Of a stretch of DNA of 64,000 nt, positions 25,388 through 37,510 are shown in pieces. Both the position numbers and the translations under genes were made by a program. The stretch spans positions 44,392,001 through 44,456,000 of the forward strand of contig NC_043010.1 of assembly GCF_006345805.1 (NCBI RefSeq). The letters run 5' to 3'. The notes under the pieces were generated by a model that worked only from the letters and a program-made list of their open reading frames with translations, was not told the DNA's origin and did no database searches. How positions within the stretch are numbered: position 1 is the stretch's first letter; every line of letters begins with the position of its first letter. Origin of the DNA: Octopus sinensis. Its lineage: Eukaryota.

Positions 25388-27606
25388 GTAACCGTTAATT
25401 TAATTTACTTTAAGGTATGGATGACTTAAATTTACTTTTAAGCTCCCCATTCTTATAAACACCAAAATTAAAAAACAAGACTAAAATAAATACATAACTA
25501 GAAAAAATTGCTCAATGACAAAGAAATAAGAGGAAAAAAAAACTAACGTTCATGTTTCTATAAACCTATCCCCTAAACTATAGAAATTTAGAGAAATATA
25601 AGCTTCTTATTGCTGTAAAATAAGGAAGCAAGAAAAAAATTATTTAATGTATTCCAATTTTAACCCCCTCTCAACTCTGCTGCATACACATACAGAGAAA
25701 ATTATGATATATGACTCAAAGAATCAAATTAAAAATGCATAGAGCCGTATTTACTTCTATTTCTGTACCTTACAAAATAGGGAACAAAAAACAAAAAACA
25801 AATGTAATATTTCATTCCATATGCTGTGCTTTCTGCTAGATTTTTTTTTAATGAAGACAAAGATGGGTCCCACTTTTTAGTTTTCTGTCAGTGGGCCCAT
25901 TATACCTTTTCTATTTTCTATTTGAAATTTTAATTAATTCATAATATATGATTATCCTTAGTCTGTTAAGAACATGTTTCAAGAATTTGTGTAAGCTTTT
26001 TATTCTTTTTATTGTAATACATCAATATCTTTGTTTTTATTTGGATTCTTTAATTCGAATGTCAAAGAATCTTTGTGTAGAAGATGTCTTTCTGGCAATA
26101 TCCATGACCTTTCTCAAAAGTAAGCGAAACATAGTATTTTAAACTTGGCATTCATACAAATGAAAACTCCTGATAAGTGAATTGATAATATAGGACATGA
26201 TGAACAATCTTCTCTCAGGACCTTAAATCTTAAACATCTGTATAAATAAGCATTGCCTCATCCACAACACATTTGATATACTTTTGTTTAGTAAACACAG
26301 AAGACAGTAATACTAGGACTAGCTTCTCATAAAGGAACCCACCAACACCACAACTTACAACTAAAGCAATTGATTTGGTTGATCAAACTACTAAATGATT
26401 ATCATCAAAACTGATGAAGATCTATTAGAATGGCTTCTGTTTCTGAAAGGTAGCTACTTGCATACTGTTTCCACTCAAATACATCCAATACACTTGTCTC
26501 CTATACACTCCACCTGTTCCCAATCAAGGTCAACACTAGCAACTATGACCAACATCTTTTTCTGTGAAACAGTAACTTTCTAAAATTTCCTTCTGGTCAC
26601 ACTTTTAGCAGTTGTTTATTTACAGCTGTCCAAGATGAACATCACCTACCTCAATCTTGCTAGGCTGGGTGTAATGGGTGAAGACCCTTTCTCCTGACTA
26701 AACAATATATCAAACATAGATATAGCATTAAGGCAAAAATTGGGATCCACTTGAAGTATAAAAATACTGGAACTTTTGAAGCACTACACCAAATCACTAA
26801 TACACTGTACTATACTTCTACATAATATTATACCATGTCACCCACCCACCACAACAGAATTGAGATCCTAAAACTAAGGTGCCACATAAAAAGTACTGTT
26901 GTTGGTTCCACGTAAAAAGCACCCAGTACATTCTGTAGAGTGGTTGACATTAGGAAAGGCATCCAGCTGTAGAAACCAAGTCAAAACAGACTATGAAACC
27001 TGGTGTGAACAGTTCCTGTCAAGCAGGTCAACCCATGCCAGCATGGAAAATAGACATTAAATGATGATGATGTCACTAGTTCATTACATTATACACTTAT
27101 GCAACACAAGTCACTTGTGCACTATACTATAATTACACATGTCACTCCAAATCTACACAACAGTGTTGTGTATTAGTGCTATGAAATAAATACACAACAC
27201 TCCCAACACACATATTTTATCATTAGCTGCTACACTACATTTTCTTTACCCATTGTTCCCTGTGCAATCTTGAAATTCCTATGAAATCCTATTGATGCAC
27301 TCACAACTCCCTTTATCCATAAAATTGTATGTTAACAGCAATCTAGCAATCTAGATAGCAATTTCTGTCTGTTTTTTTTTTCAAACTGATTTGTTTTCTT
27401 TGAATTCTTTTACATTTTCTACCTTTTTTAAAAAAATTCAGCCTTCTGATGACGTCTTTAGTCTTATACAAGTGTTATTTTCAAGAATTCCTTCACTAGT
27501 CTTTAATTGTTACGTTTACTATTCCCATCATAACTACCACCATCCTTTCTCTCTCTTGCTTCTCTCTTTCTCTTCTTTCTTTACAGAAGCAAGTCATTCT
27601 ACTTAC

Positions 27607-27687
27607 CAGATCTTTCAGTGGAATCCTCAACCATTTAATCATTTCATTCAACTCTATAGAAATAGCAAATGAATCTGTGCTACTCAT
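27607..27687 (-). CDS. Candidate alternative start exon (MSSTDSFAISIELNEMIKWLRIPLKDL, phase 0; or MVEDSTERS, phase 1)
   Basis: Consensus donor CTG|gtaagt at 27606 preceded by short ATG-initiated open frames in non-repetitive sequence. The phase does not match the upstream phase-2 donor. Confidence 0.2.
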
Positions 27688-28749
27688 TCATTCAAATCAG
27701 TATTGATCATTCAATAAACTCTGTCTTTACAGAAGAAATAGCTAAATAAACTGTACAATACAATAAGTACTTGTTATTTGCTTTGGCTTTCACATCTTAA
27801 ATAATAATCTTTATCAGAAACTCAAGTGAAAGAATGTGTTATAGATGTTCTCTTTTCTTATATTTTAATACATATTTTTAACAACTTCCAACCCAACAAG
27901 CTAACATGGGAAAGAGAAATCAATAGATTCAGTCAGTATCACCTCATTTCTCTATTTTAACTGCCCTACACAAATCATTTCATTATATTTATTCAATACA
28001 AGCCTTTTAAAAAAATTTTTTTCTCAATTTTTCTGGAACTTCCCCACCAACCAGCATCACCACCATGCTTTTGTAATTTTGTTTTCTTTATTAACATTTT
28101 CATTCATGGATGCAAAGAAGGAAGTCCTATGCTAAAAAAACAACTACTCCATAATCACATACACTCTACGATCAATTATAATCCTGAGTATAAATAATCA
28201 ATTATAATCCCAAGTATAAATAATTATGATATTCACACGGTCTGATTGATTGCTTTTCTATGAACTGGTTGAGTATAAACGTCTGTGTGACACACACTCC
28301 AACACATGCAGCCACTTCTATCACGTTCCTCTTTCCCCTCCATGTGCCTCACTAGTATTCTTCTCTCACAGAACAAAGAAAAAAAAAAGAAAACATTTTT
28401 TTAATCCTAGTGTTGTAATTATTCTTTCACCAATTTTTCTCTTATTCTTCTCTCACTTCTTTTCTCTCCCTGAACTCTAACCTTTTCTTCTTTTTTTTTT
28501 TGCTTCCTTTGTTCCTTCCTTCTTTCCATGCAATAGCATCTCATGCCCATACCCTTGCACACATTACCCTCCCACTCTTCACATTCCTCTTACCATTCCC
28601 TTTACCTCACACTTGCACCCACTCCCACCACCTCACACACAACATAATTACACACACATCAACATCTCATGCTCCCACTAACCCAAGTCACTATACTTCT
28701 ACACATGCACTCCACCTCTCTTTCTACACACACACACACACATCCTAAA

Positions 28750-28990
28750 AAGCTACACAGATCACTCCATCACCTCATGCCCAACTCAAAATGCAGTTAC
28801 ACTCCTATATTTACTTACACACCTACTACTACTCCCTTCATACTCCCCTCCCATAGAACCATATTCCCATCTGACCCTAAACCCTTATCTGGTTTTTCCC
28901 GTCCATACTTCTCAACTACATTTTCTCTTTCTTACTCCTCCTGTGTTTTTTTCTGATGAAGGTCTAATGTCCGAAACATTAAGACTCTTT
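28750..28990 (+). mobile_element. Degraded Penelope-like fragment ending in a hammerhead-like motif
   Basis: Weak similarity to the PLE LTYHP...IFP.PP..AFRR linker, next to a CTGATGA...GAAAC motif. Confidence 0.4.
28949..28984 (+). ncRNA. Minimal hammerhead-like motif (family 1), decayed
   Basis: tttt CTGATGA A GGTC taat GTCC GAAAC AT T aaga, with one stem II mismatch. It follows a degraded PLE-like RT-linker segment (FTYTP...IFPSDPKPLSGFSRP). Confidence 0.5.
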
Positions 28991-29082
28991 CCCTTCCTTC
29001 TTTTAAGCATTAAAATAATACAAGAATTGTTAAAAACTATGTTGACTTCTCACTTTTTGTTCATTACACTTACTGTATATAC

Positions 29083-29218
29083 AGGTACAGGTGTGACTGT
29101 ATGATAATAAGCTAGCCTCCCAACCACATAATTCCAGGTTCATTCCCACTACTTGGCAACTTGAGCAGACCAAAACCTTGTAAATAGATTTGGTAGATGC
29201 AAACTGAAAGAAACCCAT

Positions 29219-29289
<71 letters not shown>

Positions 29290-29509
29290 CTCTTTGCGCA
29301 TGTTTTTGTCCCCCACCACTACTTGACACTAGTGCTGGTTTATTTATGTCCCCATAACTTAGAAGTTCAGCAAAAGCAGTCAATAGAATATGTACCAGGT
29401 TAGAAAACAGAAAAAATAAGTACTGGAGTCGATTTGTTCAACTAAACCTTTCAAAGCAGTGCCCCATTATGGCTGCAGTCCAATGACTGAATCATGTAAA
29501 TGATAAAAG
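29083..29509 (+). mobile_element. SINE family A, full length, with a long internal (TA)n tract
   Basis: Head, body and tail are collinear with the 62192 copy. A second family A 5' half follows directly (29510-29668). Confidence 0.85.
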
Positions 29510-30353
29510 GTAGGCGTGGCTGTGTGGTAAGGAGCTTGCTTCCCAACCACATGCTTTCACGTTGAGTCCTCCTCTATGACACCTTGGGAAAGTGTCTTCC
29601 ACTATAGCCTCTGGCTGACCAAAGCTTTGTGAATGGATTTGGTAGACGGAAACTGAAAGAAGCTCATCCATTAATCCCTACACATTTTTTCTCTCTCCTT
29701 TTTTTTCATTCTCTCTCCTACATTCATGTATATGTATGCATACATATGCACATGCATATACACACATACACACACACACAATGATCTTGTAACTCTTGGA
29801 AAATCACTCAGTGAAGCATAAAATATGTCTCCATACTTCAAACAACCCTCAGGCTGCCTCACTTCCCATACTGCTGCAGATTCTTCTGGTCCTTTACCTA
29901 AAGAATTTCTACCGATTTTGTGAAATTCTATATTCCTCCACTTCCTAATCATAACTGTTCCATGAGCAGTATTTCTATGGAAAAAGCCTTCACCTTTGTC
30001 TGTTTTGCAAATAATTCTACATTATCATATTTTTCTAAATTTTTCATGCAAGAGTCCTTTTATTTCACACTCTTTTTCCTCACTGTAGCTCTCCTCCATT
30101 ATGTGATAATACCTGAGAAGTGATCTTTATTTTCAATAATGAAACAGTGTAACAAATAATACTTCACATATTCTTACAGGTTTTCTATACTAATAAAACT
30201 TCCTATTATTTAAATATAATAGAAAGTGATCTTTTGAAATGCTTTTATTTTTGTGTGAATTAGGAAATGGTGGTGAGTGAAAATTTGTAAATAAAATTAT
30301 AAGCCTTCACTGTATATTGACTATAGAAATAGTTTAATATTAAGGCATATATA

Positions 30354-30570
30354 AGGTGGTGAGCTGGGAGAATCATTGGCACACCAAGCAAAATGCTCAG
30401 TGGATTTTGTCCATTTTTACATTCAGAGTTGAAATTCCACAGAGGTCAACTTTCCTTTCATCCTTTCATGGTCGATAAAATAAGTACCATTTGAGCAATG
30501 GGGTCAATGTAATTAGCATATCCTTCCCCTGAAATTGCTGGTCTTGTTCCAAAATTTGAAATCAATATTA
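30354..30570 (+). mobile_element. SINE family C
   Basis: ggtggtgagctgggagaatcattggcac...gagttgaaattcc...ggtcttgttccaaaatttgaa. Confidence 0.8.
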
Positions 30571-30729
30571 GGGCATATAAACGAAATACTGAAGGACAAC
30601 TTCAGGATGCTGAACCTTTCAGATGAGATGACAAAGGACTGAGATACCTGGCACCTTGCTATACTCAAGAAGACCCATATTCCACAGTGGAAGTGTTAAG
30701 GCCACTTCCCCTGGTGAAGAGGATTGGCC

Positions 30730-31307
30730 TGCAAGAGTCCTGTGCCAGTGTCACATAAAAAGTATTTGTGCCAGTGCCACATAAAAGCACTTGTGCAATA
30801 CTACTTCAAAAGCACCTAGCACATACAGTAAAGAGGTTGGTGTTAAGAAGGGCATCCAGCCATAGAAACCATGCCAAATCAGACTGGAACCTGGTGCAGC
30901 CCTCCAGCTCACCACTTCTGGTCAAACTGTCCAACCTATTCCAGCATAAAAAACAGATGTTAAATGATAATGGTGGTGATGATGATGATGATAAACCACC
31001 ATAATGGAAAAGGAATGTTTACTTATTTGCACCATCCGACCGTGGCCGTTGCCAGCTTCGTCTGGTCCCCATGCCGGTGGCACGTAAAAAGCACCATCCG
31101 ATCGTGGCCGTCTGCCAGCGTCATCTGGCACCTGTGCCGATGGCACGTAAAAAGCACCCACTACACTCACGGAGTGGTTGGCATTAGGAAGGGCATCCAG
31201 CTGTAGAAACACTGCCAGATCAGACTAGGCCTGGTGCAGCCTTCTGGCTTCCCAGACCCCAGTTGAACCGTCCAACCCATGCCAGCATGGAAAGCGGACA
31301 TTAAATG
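30730..31307 (+). mobile_element. Two tandem RTE 3'-UTR-type elements: an older copy, then a young CpG-rich copy at 31029-31307 with two ~62-bp units
   Basis: The unit gcaccatccga(c/t)cgtggccg...tggcacgtaaaaa occurs twice, followed by ggagtggttggcattaggaagggcatccagc...ccatgccagcatggaaagcggacattaaatg. Confidence 0.85.
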
Positions 31308-32560
31308 CAATTTTAAGGGAAATAATGTTATCAATTAATTTATATAATTTTTATGGATAGGGAAAAGCATTATACACTGAAGCAGAAGATACCCATAGGA
31401 AGACTACAAGAAATATAGAAAGAAGTGGTGAAGAAACACAAGGTTTGGAGAAGAATGGCAATGTGATATATTATAGACTCATTCAAAATAGAAAAATAAG
31501 GACATTGAAATGGCATAAACGATGAAGTGTTCTTCTCTCAAGGCTAGAACATTAAACTTTCAACTAAGTCCATTAAGCTTTTGACAAAAATGCAATTGGG
31601 TATTACCTGTTCACTGTAATGAGTTCAGTGTTATGGATTGCCTACAGTAAAACAAACAAGTGTCCTCATTGCTTACTGTGTTCAGTTTCACTCTCCATGT
31701 GGATATATCTTGGAGAAGGGTGGTGTATACTTGGCTGACTTATGTTAAATATAATGTACAATGGTTAAGTTAGCAGTGATGCCCCGGTTACCAAATTCAT
31801 TAAGTGAATAGCCAAAAATGTGTATAGTTTACATTTGAAGATAGTGAATTAAAATGTAAATAAATTTAACTAATCAGATCTGAATATATTTTCATCTCTA
31901 TGTATACGTGAGATGGGGTGGGGTAATAGATCTTGCATTATTTTCTGAATGCATTCTACTGGTACTGAAAATTGAGATCAAGGAAGCTTTTGCCCTTTTG
32001 CTCAATGTGTGGTTTCTGTCTGCACTGAGCTTGCCTTGGCTATAAGATATTGTATTACTTTCAGTGTGGATTTTACAGGTTTCATCAACTGAAATACCCT
32101 GTTGTTGAATTACAGTGAAATGAGAGAGTATTCCACAGATACGTGTAATTATTGAGGTAGAATAAGCATGATAAGGCTGGCTCTTTGAAATATACATACA
32201 AACCATTTGATGAGCTTTCAAATAGTTTCTTTCTACCACATTTCATTCGTTAAGTTTGGATTGACTCAAGGCTACAGAAAAAGACACTGACCAAAGTTCA
32301 TAATACTGTAATTCAACCCAGGACCACATCAGTTTAACAATTTGGCCATTTCTGTATCCATTTTTATCCAGAGACAATATGTGTTAATGGTAAAGGAAAA
32401 AAATAGTTTCAATACAAAATAGACAGGCAAACCAAACAATATATAAAAAATAGACAGGCACAAGTAAATCAATAGTTAAAATGCAGTCATTAACTGCAAT
32501 AATAAAATATTTTTAACCAACAATGAGCCACTTTATAAAATCAAATAACCATTTACTCAC

Positions 32561-33209
32561 TTGACTGGTTTTGTTGGTGCATCCAATTGGGATGGTTGAT
32601 CTGAAGATTGTTCTACTTCTGGTACTAATGATAGTGATGGTGGTGGTTGCTGTTGTTGTTGCAATTGCTGCTGTTTTTCTGAAAGCTGCTCACCTTCTGG
32701 TTGTTGCTGCTGCTGCTGTTGTTTTTGCAAAGGTCTCTCAGCTTCTTGCTGCTGCTGTTGTTTTGGCACTGGACTCTCAACTTCAGGCTGCTGTTGTTGT
32801 TGCTGCAAAGGTCTCTCAGCTTCTGGTTGTTGCTGCTGTTGTTTTTGCAAAGGTCTCTCAGCTTCTTGCTGCTGCTGTTCTTCTTGCAATGGACACTCAG
32901 CTTCTGGCTGCTGCTGTTGTTGCAGCAAAGGTCTCTCAGTCTTTGGCTTTTGTTGTTGCAAAAGTCTCTCACTTTCTGACTGCTGCTGCTGTTGTTGTTG
33001 TTGTTGCTGCTGCATAGTTCTCTCAGCTTCCGACTGCTGCTTCTGTTTAGAGACAGGACTGACCATGCCTTCTGATTTCTGCAAACATTCAACTGACTCA
33101 GCAATGTCCTTACCACATATCTCTGAAGACTTAGCCAACTCACTAGACATTTCAGAAAATACCTGTGTGTTTGGCTCCTTTGGAGCAGGGAAACTGTCAG
33201 TAATGCCAT
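32561..33209 (-). CDS. TACC: Gln-rich coding exon (649 nt, phase 1 in, phase 2 out) of the same gene
   Basis: Acceptor tgtttatatattccag| at 33210 gives an in-frame junction with the giant exon (CCT GAT G|AT GGC ATT = PDDGI). Donor GTC AA|gtgagt at 32560. The open frame encodes DGITDSFPAPKEP...(AERPLQKQQQQQPE)n...APTKPV. Confidence 0.78.
32640..33040 (-). repeat. About nine degenerate (A/S/T)ERPLQ-polyQ-PE coding repeats made of CAG/CAA tracts
   Basis: Seen in the translation of the Gln-rich exon; the longest pure tract is Q11 at 32980-33012. Confidence 0.9.
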
Positions 33210-33972
33210 CTGGAATATATAAACATTCATTAGAGCTACTGATTGACATGACAACATTCTAACATATTAGCTATCAAAAGGTGAATGATATTGTGACATG
33301 GGAACATTACAAACAGCAAAGTTTACATGAAGTTATGGTGTAATATTGTAACACTATAACGTAGTATGTACTCGTGGATTTTAATATTTAGTTATAGATG
33401 CAATGATATTTGTTTAGTCCCAGGTCAACCTTAATTTCTTTTTCATTGGCTTGGCTTTAAGGGGCTGTACTTATGATTTTTGCAGGCCCTATGAGACTGG
33501 GGAGATTAATGCAATTGATATACCTCTTGAACATCTGTAGAGCAATGACTGCAAGAAAAAAATGTGCACAGAGGGAATTCCAAAGAGAGAAGACTGATGT
33601 TCTAGGGGAAATGGAAAGTGTCTAGAAGGGAAATATGAGTGTGGAAAAGAAGCAGAATGAGGGAGTCATGAGTGTCTGAGTTGGGGGGCATAATACCAGC
33701 CACCAGTAGAACAGGCAGGGTGGATTAGAGTTGGGAGACATTGGTGAATGACTTTATGCTAATCAGTTAAGTAGGGATTTTAGGATGTAGTTTAAGAAGT
33801 CTGTGCAAATGTGTAGCAGTAGTACCTCCACCCAAGATGTGGGAACAGTACACTGTTGTGTGTCTCACTTGGGGTTCATAGAGTTAATAGTGTTGGGAGT
33901 TGAATTCTATTCTAGCTCTAAAGATGAAGGCTAATCATCATGAGGTAGTTTTGGCTAAGTTGAGGATGTGCA

Positions 33973-34809
33973 CCATAAAAACCCATGTAATTTATGTACT
34001 TTTTTCACAAAAACAAAAATAAACTTTAGAACACCTCTCTTGTTCAATAATCACTGAGTTAAACTTGCAAAGCTGTTTATTTTCTCTTTTCAATATTTAA
34101 TGTTTATTTTAGCAGGTTACCAATCTATCAGTTTGGTTTCCCGGTTAAAATGGTAATGACAAATTTATAAGTTTGCTCGACATTTTATAAGTGTGAAAGG
34201 GATTAAAATTTCAATATTCTGTATCAAAGGTTCCAACAAGAATAGGCAGAAAATCAGAGATTGAGACAAGAAGATACTTTTGACCAATCAGAATTCTGTT
34301 TACATAATCAGTTTGATCCTCTGTCGGTTGAGTAAAGTGTCATCCAAGCTAATATTTATTATTAATTAAACTTATTTTGCAACACTTGTGCGTATTTATC
34401 AGCTTTGTTTTTGTTGATAAAAATTATCAACAACTTTTCCTGTGATCGGAATTTGAGAAGACATACAGAAGTATGCTAAAGATTGGACGTAATCTTTTGT
34501 GGGCAAGAAATGTAACATAAAGCTTATTAAAAACAATACAAAAACTTTGTAATTTAATAGCTTTCAATGTGATAGCTGTCAAACAGAAATTATTTTTATT
34601 TAATGAAAATTTAATAAAATCTAATCATAAGTAAGTGAAATTATGCTAAATACAACTAAATTGAAAACCTTTTTCCCCTGGCCATATTGGCAATTCTGAA
34701 AACTTTTGGGTGCGAATTTTACACGAGCTGAAGCTTTTTTTAACAATTTTTATCCTGAAAATCACCTGCATAAATTACACAGGTGTGCAAATTACATGGA
34801 TTTTTATGG
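33973..34809. mobile_element. Non-autonomous Tc1/mariner-superfamily (Tc2/pogo-type) DNA transposon, about 840 bp
   Basis: Terminal inverted repeats (TIRs) ccataaaaacccatgtaattt and aaattacatggatttttatgg (20 of 21 match), flanked by CA and TA (a decayed TA TSD). Removing it restores the LINE frame. Confidence 0.75.
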
Positions 34810-35135
34810 TATTCACCAGGAGAAATCCAGTGATGCTAAAGCCTAACATTTATAGCAACCTAGGCTGTTCTAAGTGCACACTGTTCATATCTATGGTGTG
34901 GGTATGATGTTCTCATAACATGTTTGTTATTGTGTATCAGTATTGTTGAAGGAAACACTGAAAGATGTTTTAGTAGACTCTGTTTTGAAGTCAATGCAGA
35001 TTGGCCACGAAATGTCTATGTTGCAAGTGGATGATACTTGGGTGCAGAAGGTTAAATAGAATGAAAGGTGGTACCATCTGCATAGAAGTGAGCATTGTTC
35101 AAAGTGATGACAAACAAGTCATTGATGTATTAGAA

Positions 35136-35463
35136 CAGTGATTCCCAGTATGGGGGCTTGTGCTTCACTGGTAGGGCCTGGGAAAATTGTAGTGGGGTGT
35201 GGGATCTAATTTTTTTTTTTTAGAGGGACATGGAATTGTGAAAATTTCTTTTTCCTAGTAAATGCACAACACCTATACTCAGCTAGTCAAGCCAATCCTT
35301 CCAGCCAAGCATACTGTGCAAAGAATGTTTGCTGCAGTGTAGCACAATTCAAAAGTGATAAAATATTAAAAATAAACTTGTCTTTTTTTCAACCACTGGT
35401 GGGGCATATTTTTTTCTGGAAAGTTATAGTGGGGCCTGGGGGAAAATAGGTTGGGAAATATAG
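35136..35463. mobile_element. hAT-type MITE
   Basis: Termini cagtgattcccag...ttgggaaatatag, with 8-bp flanks tattagaa and tatcagaa (one mismatch). Confidence 0.6.
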
Positions 35464-36672
35464 TATCAGAAGAAGAAATCTTGTTGCTGATCTTGAAGTA
35501 AGAGAGATGAGTGGCAAAGTAAGCACAATCTATTTATGTGTAAACACCACTTTTCAGAATGAAATTTGACTGCTGAATGAAATATGGACAAGACTAGGGA
35601 TAAGGGTTGAGAAATTTGTGCCTTAAAGAGGAACAGGGCATGTGGTTTGCATGTAAGTGAGAGGTGATGTGTGGAGTCCAGGTTGGATTGGAGCAATTAT
35701 AACTTGTACGAGTTATTTTAGCCATCTAAAAAAAAATGCATGCAAAAATTTTTAAAGGTTAAGAAATAAATGAATAGTGAACTTTAACAATTTATTATTA
35801 AATGGTTGAACTAGTTCTTTCATAATATAATTGCTTCAGCTTCAATAGACTGTCACAAAAATCCAATAACTTGCTAGACAAGAACAACTCTGAAATTATC
35901 AGTCATTGATTAAAGCTACAGAAAACAGAATCAATTGCTGGCTACTTGGATTTCTGAAATCCAGAAAAGGTTAGCTTACTGTTAACAGCATTAAGCAGAG
36001 CTGTATGTCACTTATTTATAGCTAGCTAGACCAAATTAACAAGAGTGCAATGACTTGGTCATAGCAATTGTGCTCTTGATAGTTTGGTCCATCTAACTGC
36101 ATCTTGTAATGCAACCCACCACACTATCAGCTAAGTTATTGTTGAGCTCCAGGTAAGGCCTGAACAATCATACCTGTGATCAACTGGATATATTCCATCT
36201 CTCTCTCTATTTTTTTTAATGCAGTGGATTACATGATCCAAAGTGTCATTCTATTTTAAGCTTGTAGAATGTAATTTGAGTTAGATTTGGTAGCTATTTG
36301 TAGCAGGCTAAACACTCATGGACAGCATCCCTAGTTATCTCTTCTTAGTGATCTACAACAGCAGTATTTATCATAATTCATGATGTAAAATATTTTAAGG
36401 TTGTAACATCAGAACATTAAGATATCGTTTAAATGTAACACTGTAACATGTCAGGGAATTGAAGTTCCATAATTTAGCTGTTAGTGGAAGACGAAACAAA
36501 ATGTCTATTTTTTTCTTTTACCTAATGTTAAGAACTTTGAGACAAGAGAGCTTCAATGTAGTCATAAAAACTGCTAGAAGTAGTAACCAAATTTCTTTCA
36601 TATCATGCCCTATCATTAAAAAAAAAAAGGAAGAACACACTGGATAGTGATGCAGTTTTAGATAAACTAGTC

Positions 36673-37066
36673 TTTTTTTTTTTTTTACTTGTTTCAGTCA
36701 TTTGACTGCGGCCATGCTGGAGCACCGCATTTAGTCGAGCAAATCGATCCTGGGACTTATTCTTTGTAAGCCCAGTACTTATTCTATCGGTCTCTTTTTG
36801 CTGAACTGCTAAGTGACGGGGACGTAAACACACCAGCATCGGTTGTCAAGCAATGTTAGGGGAACAAACACAGACACACAAATACACACACATACATATA
36901 TACGACAGGCTTCTTTCAGTTTCTGTCTACCAAATCCACTCACAAGGCATTGGTCGGGCCGGGGGCTATAGCAGAAGACACCTGCCCAAGATGCCACGCA
37001 GTGGGACTGAACCCGGAACCATGTGGTTGGTTAGCAAGCTACTTACCACACAACCACTCCTGCGTC
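36673..37066 (-). mobile_element. SINE family A, full length and young
   Basis: Reverse complement is nearly identical by eye to 62192-62591; CpGs are retained and there is a poly(A) tail. Confidence 0.92.
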
Positions 37067-37319
37067 TGAATAAAAAACAAAAAAATATGTGATGGGATAC
37101 TTATATCTGAAGGCCTTTGATCATGGATTTGCTAATTTGGGGCTAATTAACAACAACTTTGAAAAGAAAAATCCCATATATTACACTGGAGGAAATAAAC
37201 AGAATTGTAGAAAAGAAAATTAAAACAATATATTTATGTCTGACTCAAGTTATATATGTTAGTGTGTTTATTGCTTATATACTTCCTATACACTTCCTGG
37301 TACCATCTAATAATTGCTT

Positions 37320-37510
37320 CAAATTTTAGCAGGCTATAATTTTTAGGGAAAAGAGGTTAGTCAATTAAATCAACCCCAGTACCTGACTGTTACTGTTTGT
37401 TTTTTTTAATGTATGAAAGGCATAATTCACCTCAGTGATATTTGAACTCAGAATGTAAGGCCAGAAGAAATGTTGTTAAGTATTTTATATGATGCAGTTC
37501 ACCACCTTCG
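37320..37510 (-). mobile_element. SINE family C, decayed
   Basis: caaattttagc...atcaaccccagt...gaaaggcataattcacctcagtgatatttgaactcagaatg. Confidence 0.65.

Larger units (their letters stand above)
33500..35650 (-). mobile_element. Old CR1/Jockey-type LINE RT region split by two DNA-transposon insertions
   Basis: Minus-strand motifs in order: YIND..NNAHFYADGTTF (similar to YADD), LSW*IHILNLAKT, LYEPQVR..VYCSHILGG, LWNSL, FKR. They become collinear once 33973-34811 and 35128-35463 (each insert plus one TSD copy) are removed. Confidence 0.7.

Noticed and set aside
26350-26560. KAIDLVDQ...LEWLLFLKG similarity to a LINE RT
   Set aside because: Too degraded to delimit or classify with confidence.
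31898-32271. 113-aa minus-strand ORF just downstream of the Gln-rich exon
   Set aside because: No convincing phase-2 acceptor leads into this frame. The strong acceptor at 32272 gives a stop after six codons in phase 2, the donor is weak, and there is no TACC-like motif.
32571-33257. Hydrophobic plus-strand ORFs and an alternative minus-strand frame (148, 92 and 210 aa)
   Set aside because: They are shadow frames of the CAG/CAA repeats in the real exon.
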